Below are positions 49,248-59,524 of a stretch of DNA of 64,000 nt, piece by piece (within the stretch, counting starts at the first letter, position 1; every line of letters begins with the position of its first letter). The stretch covers positions 466 through 64,465 of the forward strand of contig CACYNE010000008.1 of assembly GCA_902775605.1 (NCBI GenBank). The letters run 5' to 3'. A program made the translations under genes and the position numbers. The notes beneath the pieces were generated by a model. That model had not been told where the DNA came from, searched no databases, and was given only the letters and a program-made list of their open reading frames with translations. This DNA comes from an uncultured Prevotellaceae bacterium (GTDB lineage Bacteria; Bacteroidota; Bacteroidia; Bacteroidales; Bacteroidaceae).

Positions 49248-49847
49248 TTACAGTTGTCCTGCCTCAACCATTAATACCACACGCTCAGTAAGGCGGTCAG
49301 TGCCCTCGGGCTCGTAGCCCTTTTTCAATGAAGCACCAAACATCCAGGCGAAAGCCTGCCACATGCCAGAACGAATGGGGCCGATGAAAGCCTGCATGGC
49401 CTCATAGGCCGTGGAGTGGCACTCACGGTCCACGAGTTTGATGAGCAGTTTACCCTGCGAGAACGTTAGTTTCTTCATCTGTGGCTTGTACTCCTTAACG
49501 ATGGCTTGCTCCACGCGCTTCAGATGGGCATCGCGCTCTTTGGGAGGGAGAGTCTCAGTAAACTCGGCCGTCTCGATGATAATCTGACGCACCTGTTTGG
49601 CCAAGGGAAGCACTTTTTTTACGTTTTTCACCAGTCGCAGATAGGCCTGCTGCTGTCGCTTGCTTTTGAAGGTTAGTTCCGGATAGACGTAAACATTCGA
49701 CATCTCCATGTACTGAATAGAGTCGCCGTCAACCAGCGCCTTGCCCACTTTCACCGTGGGTACAAATGTGGGATCGCCCAAATCCTCTTGGGCGAAGGCT
49801 GTCAGAGATGTCAGCAATAACCAAAGAAAAAACGCTATTCGTTTCAT
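49248..49847 (-). CDS. DUF4294-family protein
   Basis: RLVKNVKKVLPLAK, LTFSQGKLLIKLVDRE; -7 box at 49857-49864. Confidence 0.85.
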   Translation of the reverse strand: MKRIAFFLWLLLTSLTAFAQEDLGDPTFVPTVKVGKALVDGDSIQYMEMSNVYVYPELTFKSKRQQQAYLRLVKNVKKVLPLAKQVRQIIIETAEFTETLPPKERDAHLKRVEQAIVKEYKPQMKKLTFSQGKLLIKLVDRECHSTAYEAMQAFIGPIRSGMWQAFAWMFGASLKKGYEPEGTDRLTERVVLMVEAGQL

Positions 49848-49935
49848 AAGCATCTGCAAAGTTACGAACATTATCCGTAACGACAAAGCATCTGTAGAAA
49901 AAAAACGTGAAAAGCATAGCGGATAATGCAAAATT

Positions 49936-49980
49936 GAAACATCGCTGAATCCTTATAGACAGAGGATTCAGCAATGTTTC
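49936..49980 (-). terminator. Long hairpin after the M16 gene
   Basis: GAAACATCGCTGAATCCT / AGGATTCAGCAATGTTTC. Confidence 0.65.
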
Positions 49981-50001
49981 TTGATGGGGATAAATGAATG
50001 A

Positions 50002-52806
50002 TTACTCAGAGAGCATAGTTACCTCAATGCATCGCTTGGCAGAAAGCAAGCGCTGAGCCATGCGCTGCACGTCGGCAGTAGTCATGCGATTGACCATCTC
50101 GCAATAGTCGTGGTCGAAGTCGGCATCATCGTCGAGCTCGTGCCAAATGATGTAGCTCCAGTAATCGTTGGTGATGGCCATCTGGGCATATTGCTTCACC
50201 AAATATTCCTTAACCTTCTGCATGGATGTGGCCGAAGGACCGTTTTGGGCGATGTTCTTCAACTGCTGATAGATAATGGGGTTCAGTTCCTCATAGCGCT
50301 GAGGGTCGGCATTATATGAGATTTCCAACGTAGCGTTGGGCTGATCGTCCTTGTCGAGCTCAAAGTCAACGCTGACGCCATAGGTACCACCCTTTTCTTC
50401 GCGCACAGAGTCGGTATAGGCAATGGAGAGACAACGCTTCAGAAAGTCGAGTTCCAGGTCGCTTTGGGGTGTGAAAGGTACATCGGCGGTGAGTACGATG
50501 CTCACGTTGGCCAAAGGAGTGGCCTGCTTCTTGGTGAAGGTCACCACCTTCTGTCCGTCGATGATGCGAGGCAGACGATTTACATTAGGTGTCTCGTGCT
50601 GATTTGTGGCAGGTAGCGTGGCCAGATACTGACACAGCATGGTGCGGAGTTCCTGTTCGTCGTAGTTGCCGATGATAACCGTTTTGAAGTTGGCAGCATC
50701 GCTGAAACGCTCCTTGTAGATTTCAAGGATACGATCGTAGTTTACCTTGTCGAGTGTCTGCTGAGTGACGGGCTCTAGGCGGGGGTGATGGCCATAGAGG
50801 ATGGCGCGGAGAGAGTCGTAATAATCGACCTTGGGCGACGCATTGCGGTTGGCGAGGAAGGCGTGCTGACGATTCATCAGACCCGCGAAGGCGGCATCGT
50901 CGTGTCGCGGCTGGGTGAAGTAGAGATAAGCTAACTGGAACATGGTCTTCATGTCCTTGACCGATGCGCTACCATTGATGCTCTGACTCCTGCTACCTAC
51001 AGAAGGACTCACACGAACGCTTTTGCCAGTGAGCATTTTGCGCAGGGTGACGGCATCAAATTGACCCACACCGCCCTCGGTCACACCACTGGCAATAAAA
51101 CCGAAGTTGGGGATGTCCTCATCACCATAGAGTGAGGTGCCGCCATCGCCAGTCATGCGCAGGCTGATGGCATCGGCCTCGTAGGCTGTTTTCTTCGTAT
51201 AGACTTTCATGCCGTTGCTCAGGGTGAGCTCAGTAAAGCCGTGACGATAGGGCATCTCACTGACGATGGTACCTGCCTGGGGCAGGGAATTCACCAGCTC
51301 CTCGGCCAACTGTTCTTCGGCATAAGGGGCGTAGGGCTGCTGCTGGGCAGCGAGAACTACCTGCTCGATCTGTTGCTCTGAGGGCAATTCAAAGCCCTCT
51401 TTGTCAGGTCCATACATAGTCACCACTTGGTTTTGATTGGTAATCAGCTCCTTGACAGCGGCATTCACCTCAGTCAGCGTGACCTCGCGATCCAGTTTCT
51501 GTGTGTTCTCTAGTAGGAACGCCAGTGACACGAGGGGCTCGCCAGTGAGGAAGTTGCTCACGCACTCGTTAACAAAATGCGAATTGCGGAAGTCGTTGCG
51601 ACGATTGTAACGGCGTTCGGCAGCATTGAGATAGATCTTCTTGGCACGATCGAGTTCGCTTTGAGTGAAGCCATGCTGACGGGCACGCTCTGCTACACCT
51701 ACAGCAGCGATGATGCCCCCCAGAATATTGTCCTGCTTGCAGCTGATGCTGATAGAGAAAGCATCCTTGGTGCGACTGAGGAAAAACTGTGAGGCACGGG
51801 CCGTGGCACTCTGGAAGGGAGGTACAGGTTGTTGGCGGAGTTCCATCATGCGGTCGTTGAGCATCGAGCCGATGAGGTCGTCGATGTAGTCGTCACGAAG
51901 ATATTCCTCCGTGTTCTTTTTGTTGTCTGGCGTAGCCTCACGCTTCTGGTAGAGATGGCAGAGAACGATGGGCTGTTCGGCATCCTTCTCGATGTTGACA
52001 ATCATCTTTTCATTGTTGGGCACGGGATAGTAAACGCGCTCGGCAGCATTCTTGGGCATGGGGATAGATGAGAAGGTCTTCTTGATCTTCTTTTCCATCT
52101 GGTTCACGTCGATGTCGCCGACCACGATGATAGCCTGCAAATCGGGGCGATACCATTTCTGGTAGTAGTCACGCAGGTCTTGATAAGGGAAATTATCGAC
52201 GATATCCATTGAGCCGATAGGCATGCAGTCCTCATACTTTGTACCTTTATATATCTTGGGCATGGCCTGCTCTTGCAAACGCTGCATGGCCATACCAGCA
52301 CGGCGTGTGCGCCACTCCTCGTGGATGACGCCACGCTCTTTGTCAATTTCAGCATCTTCGAGCAACAGATAGTGGCTCCAGTCGTGGAGTACCAGCAGAC
52401 ATGAGTCGATAATACCCTCGCGCTTCAGAGGGGCAGAACCGATGTGATAGACTGTCTGGTCGATAGAGGTATAGGCGTTAAGGTTGGCACCAAACTTCAC
52501 ACCGATGCTCTCACACCAAGGCACGATGCCCAGACGTTTGCCCTTGCCAGGGAAATTCTTCGTGCCATTGAAGGCCATGTGCTCGAGAAAATGGGCTAAG
52601 CCACGCTGGCGTGGCTCCTCGAGAATACTACCAACACGCTGGGCAATGTAGAAGTCGGCCAGGCCAGCCTCTTTGCCATTGTGGCGGATATAGTAGGTCA
52701 TGCCATTCTTCAGTTTTCCCTTGCGAACGGCAGGGTCTTGTGGTAGAGCTGCCATCGCCTGAAGCGACAGCAGCAGTACCAAAGAGCAAAAGAGGATTTT
52801 CTTCAT
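50002..52806 (-). CDS. pqqL: M16 zinc protease (PqqL-like)
   Basis: GLAHFLEHMAFNG, NAYTS, EIDKERGVIHEE, VREEKGGTYG. Confidence 0.88.
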   Translation of the reverse strand: MKKILFCSLVLLLSLQAMAALPQDPAVRKGKLKNGMTYYIRHNGKEAGLADFYIAQRVGSILEEPRQRGLAHFLEHMAFNGTKNFPGKGKRLGIVPWCESIGVKFGANLNAYTSIDQTVYHIGSAPLKREGIIDSCLLVLHDWSHYLLLEDAEIDKERGVIHEEWRTRRAGMAMQRLQEQAMPKIYKGTKYEDCMPIGSMDIVDNFPYQDLRDYYQKWYRPDLQAIIVVGDIDVNQMEKKIKKTFSSIPMPKNAAERVYYPVPNNEKMIVNIEKDAEQPIVLCHLYQKREATPDNKKNTEEYLRDDYIDDLIGSMLNDRMMELRQQPVPPFQSATARASQFFLSRTKDAFSISISCKQDNILGGIIAAVGVAERARQHGFTQSELDRAKKIYLNAAERRYNRRNDFRNSHFVNECVSNFLTGEPLVSLAFLLENTQKLDREVTLTEVNAAVKELITNQNQVVTMYGPDKEGFELPSEQQIEQVVLAAQQQPYAPYAEEQLAEELVNSLPQAGTIVSEMPYRHGFTELTLSNGMKVYTKKTAYEADAISLRMTGDGGTSLYGDEDIPNFGFIASGVTEGGVGQFDAVTLRKMLTGKSVRVSPSVGSRSQSINGSASVKDMKTMFQLAYLYFTQPRHDDAAFAGLMNRQHAFLANRNASPKVDYYDSLRAILYGHHPRLEPVTQQTLDKVNYDRILEIYKERFSDAANFKTVIIGNYDEQELRTMLCQYLATLPATNQHETPNVNRLPRIIDGQKVVTFTKKQATPLANVSIVLTADVPFTPQSDLELDFLKRCLSIAYTDSVREEKGGTYGVSVDFELDKDDQPNATLEISYNADPQRYEELNPIIYQQLKNIAQNGPSATSMQKVKEYLVKQYAQMAITNDYWSYIIWHELDDDADFDHDYCEMVNRMTTADVQRMAQRLLSAKRCIEVTMLSE

Positions 52807-52830
52807 ATTCTTTGTGTATTTGTGTGGATA

Positions 52831-54063
52831 TTACTTCAGCAGAGAGGGCTTAGTCTCAGGGATGAAGTCGTTGGTAGAGTTGTTGGTATCCACATATTTT
52901 CCGTTGGCATCCTGCTTGCGGATGACAGCCTTGTTATAACGAGTCATGTCGCGGTCCACCTTGCCACAGTAGGTCCAGCCGGCATCGAGAGCGGGAGAGG
53001 TGACAATCCACTGGAACATAGATTCTACGCTGAGGTTCACAGCGTCGAGAATCCAGGTATTGGGTACCTTGTAAGTGTCGGTGCTCATGGGATAAGCATT
53101 GTCGTTGAAGACAAAGGTGTACTCAGCAGTGTAAGCATAGTCCTTCAGCCAGGTCTCCTTGTCGGTCTTCATACGGGCGATGGCCATTGACTTGAAACCA
53201 CGGTTATGGAAGCCATAGACGGTGGCGGTATAACAATACCACTTGTCGAGGTTGGGAGCAGCGCCATCGGGATCGGTCACTCTAGGATTTGATGACTCGT
53301 CATAGAACTCGAAGTCGGCGCCTGTCAGGTCCATGGAGTTGGGGTTGGCCTCTTTGTGGTTGATGGCGTTGATGGCAAGTGTTAAACTTTGACCTGGAGC
53401 AACAGCCACATCGGTGCCTTTGCCAGGAATCATATAGACAGCATCAACAGAGAATGCCTCGTTCATCACGTCGGGGGTGTAGTCCTGCTTGTCGGTGGTC
53501 ATAAACTGTGACTCGAGCACGGCAATGCTGTCGGCATAGAGTGTCACGTCAGAATTATTGGTGATGATGATATAAGCATCGCCACCGCTATATTGCTTGT
53601 CCTCTGGCGTGGTGGTGCCGGTATAGAAGATCTCGCTGATGACGAAACCACCATCGGCCTGGAAGGAATTAACAGCCAACTTCAGGTTGCTGGATGTCTG
53701 AGTGAACTTCACACCGTCGTTCTGAATCTCGAAGTCGGTTGTGCCGGCAATACCGTCTTTCACAAAAGAAATGTTACCCTTGGCCTTGATATTGTACTGG
53801 CCCTCCTCGATGGTGTTGAGGGTGATGACATAATCGTTGCCCTTCTTCACAGGAGTGCTGAGAGTAACCACATTGCCATTCTGTACGTTGGTGGCGGTGC
53901 CCTCGAAGTTGTTTAGAATTACGTTGCTGACGTTGATAGGCATTTCGAGCAACAGGCTGCAGTTGTTGACAATAGCTGTTGCATCGTCGTCGTCATTACA
54001 AGAAATGGAAGCCATGCTCATGGCCAAGAGCATCATGATGCTCAGAAAAAAGTTCTTTTTCAT
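52831..54063 (-). CDS. DUF4876-like lipoprotein
   Basis: Lipobox SISC followed by NDDDD; VISEIFYTG, ADFEFY, DTNNSTNDF. Confidence 0.8.
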   Translation of the reverse strand: MKKNFFLSIMMLLAMSMASISCNDDDDATAIVNNCSLLLEMPINVSNVILNNFEGTATNVQNGNVVTLSTPVKKGNDYVITLNTIEEGQYNIKAKGNISFVKDGIAGTTDFEIQNDGVKFTQTSSNLKLAVNSFQADGGFVISEIFYTGTTTPEDKQYSGGDAYIIITNNSDVTLYADSIAVLESQFMTTDKQDYTPDVMNEAFSVDAVYMIPGKGTDVAVAPGQSLTLAINAINHKEANPNSMDLTGADFEFYDESSNPRVTDPDGAAPNLDKWYCYTATVYGFHNRGFKSMAIARMKTDKETWLKDYAYTAEYTFVFNDNAYPMSTDTYKVPNTWILDAVNLSVESMFQWIVTSPALDAGWTYCGKVDRDMTRYNKAVIRKQDANGKYVDTNNSTNDFIPETKPSLLK

Positions 54064-54086
54064 TGTGCTTTGTTTTTTATTTATTT

Positions 54087-55565
54087 TTAAAAAGTGATTC
54101 CTATAGAGAGATGACCTGACAACTGATGGGCGTCGGCCGAGCAAGTGGTATAGCCAGCATTCATGCTGGCAAAAAGGCCGTAGTCCTTCAACTGATAGTC
54201 GCAGCGCAGATGCGCTAGAAGGTCGGTGTAGTCGGCCTTGGCAAAAGCATAAGTGTGACGGGCCTTCTCAATGAAAGCCGAACTCATGTTGGCAAAGGGC
54301 ATCGTGAGGTCACTGCTGAGTCCGTGGCGATGAGCCACTGTGAGGACACAGGTAAGCAACATCTGATTGGTGGGCTTGTGGAAAGTCATTCCCGTGAGCT
54401 CAACAAAAGCGTGGGTGCTGTTCATGCAACGCTCAGGGTAGGCATACGTCTGGCGATCACTCTGATAACCCACCCGAGTTTCAATTTGCCAATGAGTGGC
54501 AGCATAGATGGTTGTTAGTGAGGTGTTGACACGATGGTTCTTATACATGGTCAACACACCGAGGTCGGGAAAGGAGGTGGTGGCCGACGTGCCGATGATA
54601 TGCTCGTCGCCACTACGCTTGGTGTAACTGATATCAGCATAGACGGACAATGGCCCCATGAGGCCTGCACGCCCTTCGATGCTATGTGTGTAGAGATCCG
54701 TGAGAGGCAGGATGTAGTTCTCGGTCACCATGCGGTGGTAACGGCTTTCGCCCAAGGCTAAGTGGGCAAAGAAATCGTCTTTCTGCTGTGGAGTGACGTC
54801 GAACAGAAGGCGGATGCCACCGCCATTATATTGCAATGCACGCTTGTCGCCAGAGAAACGGGCATAGTCGGTGCCAAGTCCAGTCATCTGATACTCGGGA
54901 ACTACGCCCAATTCGCGATAGAACTCTACGGTATTGCGCTGTTTATAGACACTGCCTTCAAAGCCAAAGGCCCAGTGGTAGTGGCACCACTGCCTACTAG
55001 CACCCAAACGAAGGATCAATTCGTTGGCAATACCTCGCATGCGAGGATCAATATCACGGTATTCGTGGTCGGCGCGAAACAGCATCTCGGCGCCTATCAG
55101 CCACGAATCCATATGAAGGGCATAGCCACCCTCGAAGACATAACGCTCGTGCTGGGTATCGCCTCCTACGGTGTCAGCCAGGATATAGGGCTCCAACAGG
55201 TCGTAGTCGGAGGTGGAATTCCAGCGGATGTGGCGTTGCTGACCATTCATATATGAGGCGTGTCCCCATGCAGTGGAGTGGTCGTTCAGGCGCAAGTAGG
55301 TATCAACATGGGCAGCAGGCAACAGATAGCCATCGCCTTTCTCGGGTATAAAGGCCAGGCTTTGATGTTGCCAGTCGGCCTGAAGATAGAGTTGCGAGAA
55401 GGTCGTTCTGTAGGCGATGCCATGAAGGGCAGGATTTTGGCAACTCAACTCGCCCACTCTTTGCCATAGTCCTGTGTGCTCCACTAAGGTGGAGTCGGTA
55501 TCTGCTGCGTGGCTCGTCAGGCTGACAAGCATCAGCAGGGCTGTGATGATATGTCTGTTTCTCAT
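54087..55565 (-). CDS. DUF6850-like outer-membrane beta-barrel
   Basis: Signal peptide, PYILADTVGG, YRDIDPR, terminal Phe. Confidence 0.7.
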   Translation of the reverse strand: MRNRHIITALLMLVSLTSHAADTDSTLVEHTGLWQRVGELSCQNPALHGIAYRTTFSQLYLQADWQHQSLAFIPEKGDGYLLPAAHVDTYLRLNDHSTAWGHASYMNGQQRHIRWNSTSDYDLLEPYILADTVGGDTQHERYVFEGGYALHMDSWLIGAEMLFRADHEYRDIDPRMRGIANELILRLGASRQWCHYHWAFGFEGSVYKQRNTVEFYRELGVVPEYQMTGLGTDYARFSGDKRALQYNGGGIRLLFDVTPQQKDDFFAHLALGESRYHRMVTENYILPLTDLYTHSIEGRAGLMGPLSVYADISYTKRSGDEHIIGTSATTSFPDLGVLTMYKNHRVNTSLTTIYAATHWQIETRVGYQSDRQTYAYPERCMNSTHAFVELTGMTFHKPTNQMLLTCVLTVAHRHGLSSDLTMPFANMSSAFIEKARHTYAFAKADYTDLLAHLRCDYQLKDYGLFASMNAGYTTCSADAHQLSGHLSIGITF

Positions 55566-55945
55566 TCTAAGAATATGATATCAAGAGTGGTCTCGTTATA
55601 ATCTTTCTGATTCAGGGCCACATAGTCGGTGTGGGCTCGCATGTGTTTCGTATAGACTTGTCCTTGCTGGTCGTGGTAGCGCACAAGGCCTTCCAAGTCA
55701 ATGCTATAACTGCTGCGCATGAGTGACAAGTGTAGGGCAGAGCCGTTGAAGTCGGACGTAGTGGTCACTTGCTTACTGTTGAGATTGGTGATGCGGGCTG
55801 TGCCCTGCACGCGCTCAATGGTCAACCCTTCATCTGTCAATAGAGTGATGACGGCTGTGGCGAAGATGTCGTCCTCGTCTTCTTGGCAAGCCACCAAGAG
55901 AGGTAAAAGGGTGAGAAGGTAAAAGAGGAAATACTTCTTTATCAT
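55562..55945 (-). CDS. Small lipoprotein
   Basis: MIKKY..LVAC followed by QEDEDD; start overlaps the TonB receptor stop. Confidence 0.7.
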   Translation of the reverse strand: MIKKYFLFYLLTLLPLLVACQEDEDDIFATAVITLLTDEGLTIERVQGTARITNLNSKQVTTTSDFNGSALHLSLMRSSYSIDLEGLVRYHDQQGQVYTKHMRAHTDYVALNQKDYNETTLDIIFLE

Positions 55946-58674
55946 ATCTTGACGTTCATTTCTAATCCAAAGTAGGCATTGACGAAACGGCGAATGGTGA
56001 CGCCGTTGCTCTCGTAGTCGGGAGTGTAGTCCCATATTTTGTTGCAGAACATGGCCATCTTTAGGCGATTGTTCAGCAGTTTCTTGGTCACTTTGAAGTT
56101 GAGGTTCATCGACATGGGCACGCGTTGCTTCTCGAACAGTTCGTCGGAGTTCTTGCGAACTAACCAACGAAGATAAATATCTTCGGCATCGCTACTCTGC
56201 CAGTTGTGAATGCTGCCATCAGGTGCCATATACTGATCAGGCTCGTTACTGACACGAAGGCGCTCCTGGGTAGTGAACCATAGGAACTGAGCTGAAACCG
56301 AAAAGCCCAACTTGAGGCGGGGCACATCGGTGTCGAGAGTGAAATTGGTGTTCATGCGCTCATAGATGTTGCCACCATCTTCCTTGTAGAGACCCACATA
56401 CTGAATCTGCTCACCATTGACCACCTGAGATGGGCGATAAGTTTCGGTAAGCGAGTTGCGATAGGTGGTGCGGAAATAGGCACCATTGATGGTGAGACGT
56501 GTGAGGATGACAGGGAAACGCTTGGTCTCGAGGGTGTACTCCACACCTTCCTTTAAAGTCTGACTACCATTGGTGTAAATGCCGTAGCCCAGCAACTCCT
56601 TTCGCTCCTCGTATGGTAGGAGGGTGATGTCGGGACGGGCGGTGACAGTGGTCGCATCGATGCCAGAAGCATCGTAGTGGCGATAGGTGTAGGGACCATA
56701 GTAGCTTTGCGTGCGGAAACCAGAGATCATGTTTTCGCGGAAAAGGGTGACAGAGAGTCGGTTGCCTCCTATATTGATGTCAGCAGATACTTCCCATTTC
56801 TTGTTGCGGGCAGGCTCTAAGGTGGGATTGCTGGCATCGCGGACATAGGTCTGCAGGTAGATGCGACGATAGTCGGGGTTATCGTGATAGTAGTTCAACT
56901 CAACCAGGTCGATATAGACTTTATCTGGAAAGAGCTGTTCCATTGTAGGGTTCTTGGTGTGCATGCCCCAGCCACCAGAGAGACGGATGAAAGAGGGGAG
57001 ACCAATCACCGTGAACTGCGGAAGGGTCCAACCTATGTTGATGCGAGGATCGAGATAGGTCTTGCCGTACATTTCATAGTTTGTGGGGAGTCCCAGCATC
57101 TGAGCAGCACGGAGACCTGCCACAGTCTCAAGTGATCCACCAATAAAAGGAAGTTTCAGTCGTTCTTCGGCATAGAAAGCCAATGTACGATTGGCAGGGA
57201 TGTCCTTCAAGGCGCGTTGGCGTGAGGATATGCCTGGATAGAGGGGGAGGTAAGGGTCGAAAACCTGACCGCGACCATAGTTCTTGTCCATGTTCCAGTC
57301 GATGCCTGTCAGCAGACTGTTGACCAAAAAGGTGCTAGGTATCTGCCAATGGGTATTCGCCTTGATAAAAAGGTTGAAGGGCTTGCCATCGGCACTGTGT
57401 TGGGCGGTGTATTTGTATGGGAGAATGACGGCATCGCTCTCGCCTTCTTTCTGAGTTGTAGCGGCAATCTGAAGACGCTGCAATTGAACAAGTCGAGTAC
57501 GTTCAATGAGATCGTATTCGTAGGCGCTTGACAAGGTTGTGTTGGCAGACTTCAGCCATGTTTGGTGTTTCATCTTCAGATCGAGGGCTGCCATCAGTGC
57601 CAGTCGGTTGTATTTTGATTGATAAGAGTCTTCTGCCTGACTGTTGAGGTCAGGGTCTTCTTTCTCATTGTCGAACGAACCGGTATAGTCAGCATTGGTG
57701 GTTAGTGCCCAAGAATAGGCGTCATGTTCCCATGTTTTGTGCAGGCGGGCTGAGAGGGTCACGCGCTTGTAGTTCTCCAGCCGGTTACGGGGGTCTGCCT
57801 TGGCATCGAGATAATCGACGCTGAGGTTCAGACTGAGTTGGTGGTCTTGCCACTCCATGCCTTTGGCGGCATAAAAGAGTTTGGAACTCATATCGGCCTT
57901 TAGGCGGAAGTTCAGATCATGACCGCCTTTCTTGCGTTCTATCTTGACGAGTCCACTAGTCAGGTCGCCATATTCCACAGAAGGAATTCCACGCACCACC
58001 TCAACATTCTGTATCTCATCAGTGGAGATGCTACGCATATCAATACCAGCATTGGTGAAGTCGCGACTGTTGGTTTGAGTGTCCCACGCACCACTGAGAT
58101 ACTGCATATTAGCATTGGTTGAAATAGGAGCACCATCCATCACGAAACTGGTGCCTAGGGATGAGGTAGCATACTGACTGCTGCCAGCAACGGCCTCTCG
58201 CAGACTGATGGTGTTGGGGGCTGTGAGTACAGGGTTCTGAGCACGGCCACCAGGTAATAACTCCAATAAGTCGGCGAAACTGGAGGGTTGAAGGTGTTCC
58301 ATGGCGTGTTTTCCAATCTTTGAAGAACTGGTCAAACCGCGATTTTCCTGAGCTGTTACCACGACTTCACCTAACTTACTAACCTGTGCTGTCAAAGGAT
58401 AGCGGCCATCTTTGGTGGAGGAGGTGATGAGTGGGTTGTAGCCAATACAGCTGATTTTGAATTGACGAATATCCTTATTCTTAGGTATGGTGAACTTTCC
58501 GCTTGCATCTGTCACAGTAAACACCTTTCCACTCTTTGCATCCGAAACAATGGCGCCAACAATGGGCTCTGCAGTCTCTATATCTATCACGATACCATGC
58601 GTAATGTTCTGTGAGTAAGATATTTGTGATATAAATAATAATATAATTAGACTAGTGTATTTCAAAATCATCAT
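55942..58674 (-). CDS. TonB-dependent receptor
   Basis: N-terminal CarboxypepD_reg-like domain, LGEVVVTA box, plug DMRSISTDEIQNVEVVRGIPSVEYG. Confidence 0.92.
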   Translation of the reverse strand: MMILKYTSLIILLFISQISYSQNITHGIVIDIETAEPIVGAIVSDAKSGKVFTVTDASGKFTIPKNKDIRQFKISCIGYNPLITSSTKDGRYPLTAQVSKLGEVVVTAQENRGLTSSSKIGKHAMEHLQPSSFADLLELLPGGRAQNPVLTAPNTISLREAVAGSSQYATSSLGTSFVMDGAPISTNANMQYLSGAWDTQTNSRDFTNAGIDMRSISTDEIQNVEVVRGIPSVEYGDLTSGLVKIERKKGGHDLNFRLKADMSSKLFYAAKGMEWQDHQLSLNLSVDYLDAKADPRNRLENYKRVTLSARLHKTWEHDAYSWALTTNADYTGSFDNEKEDPDLNSQAEDSYQSKYNRLALMAALDLKMKHQTWLKSANTTLSSAYEYDLIERTRLVQLQRLQIAATTQKEGESDAVILPYKYTAQHSADGKPFNLFIKANTHWQIPSTFLVNSLLTGIDWNMDKNYGRGQVFDPYLPLYPGISSRQRALKDIPANRTLAFYAEERLKLPFIGGSLETVAGLRAAQMLGLPTNYEMYGKTYLDPRINIGWTLPQFTVIGLPSFIRLSGGWGMHTKNPTMEQLFPDKVYIDLVELNYYHDNPDYRRIYLQTYVRDASNPTLEPARNKKWEVSADINIGGNRLSVTLFRENMISGFRTQSYYGPYTYRHYDASGIDATTVTARPDITLLPYEERKELLGYGIYTNGSQTLKEGVEYTLETKRFPVILTRLTINGAYFRTTYRNSLTETYRPSQVVNGEQIQYVGLYKEDGGNIYERMNTNFTLDTDVPRLKLGFSVSAQFLWFTTQERLRVSNEPDQYMAPDGSIHNWQSSDAEDIYLRWLVRKNSDELFEKQRVPMSMNLNFKVTKKLLNNRLKMAMFCNKIWDYTPDYESNGVTIRRFVNAYFGLEMNVKI

Positions 58675-58883
58675 AGCAATCTTTTTACCAATGCAAAGGT
58701 AGATATAATCTATATAGCGTGCAATACTCAGAAATTAGTAATCTCCTAAACTCTCGATAGGTTAATAACTTAAATAAAACTAATTTTTATAGGTACATGA
58801 CACGCGTATCATGGAAAATGCTTAATTTTGTGCGCAATTTTAAGAATTGTACATTATTTAATAGGAAAATTTAATAAGAAAGC

Positions 58884-59489
58884 ATGGATAAAGTGAGTTA
58901 TGCCCTGGGCTTGGGCATTGGACAGCAGCTGGCACAGATGGGTGCTACCGACCTGAATGTAGATGACTTCGCACAGTCAATTAAAGACGTGTTGAACGGC
59001 AGCGAACTGAAGGTGTCGCATCGCGAAGCACAGCAGATTGTGCAGGACTATTTTGCCAAGAAAGAAGCCGCAATGAATGCTGAGCGTGCCGAGAAAGGAA
59101 AGGCCGCTAAAGAAGAAGGCGAGAAATATCTGAAGGAGAATGCTAAGAAAGAGGGTGTCATCACCACTGCCAGCGGCCTGCAGTATCAGGTGCTGAAAGA
59201 GGGTAACGGTAAGAAGCCCACAGCAAAAGATTCGGTGAAATGTCACTACGAGGGTTTCCTCATCGACGGAACTGTGTTTGACAGCAGCGTACAGCGTGGC
59301 GAGCCCGCCGTGTTTGGTCTGCAGCAGGTTATCGCTGGCTGGACCGAGGGTCTGCAACTGATGTCAGAGGGTGGCAAATATCGTTTCTTCATCCCCTACC
59401 GCCTTGCTTACGGTGAGGGTGGTGCCGGTGCCATGATTCCCCCATTTGCAACGCTGATCTTCGACGTTGAACTGATTGAGGTGATGTAA
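58884..59489 (+). CDS. FKBP-type peptidyl-prolyl isomerase
   Basis: SGLQY, HYEG, FDSS, VIAGWTEGL, LIFDVEL. Confidence 0.93.
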   Translation: MDKVSYALGLGIGQQLAQMGATDLNVDDFAQSIKDVLNGSELKVSHREAQQIVQDYFAKKEAAMNAERAEKGKAAKEEGEKYLKENAKKEGVITTASGLQYQVLKEGNGKKPTAKDSVKCHYEGFLIDGTVFDSSVQRGEPAVFGLQQVIAGWTEGLQLMSEGGKYRFFIPYRLAYGEGGAGAMIPPFATLIFDVELIEVM

Positions 59490-59524
59490 GCAATAAAATA
59501 TTAAACATTAAAATATCAAGAACA

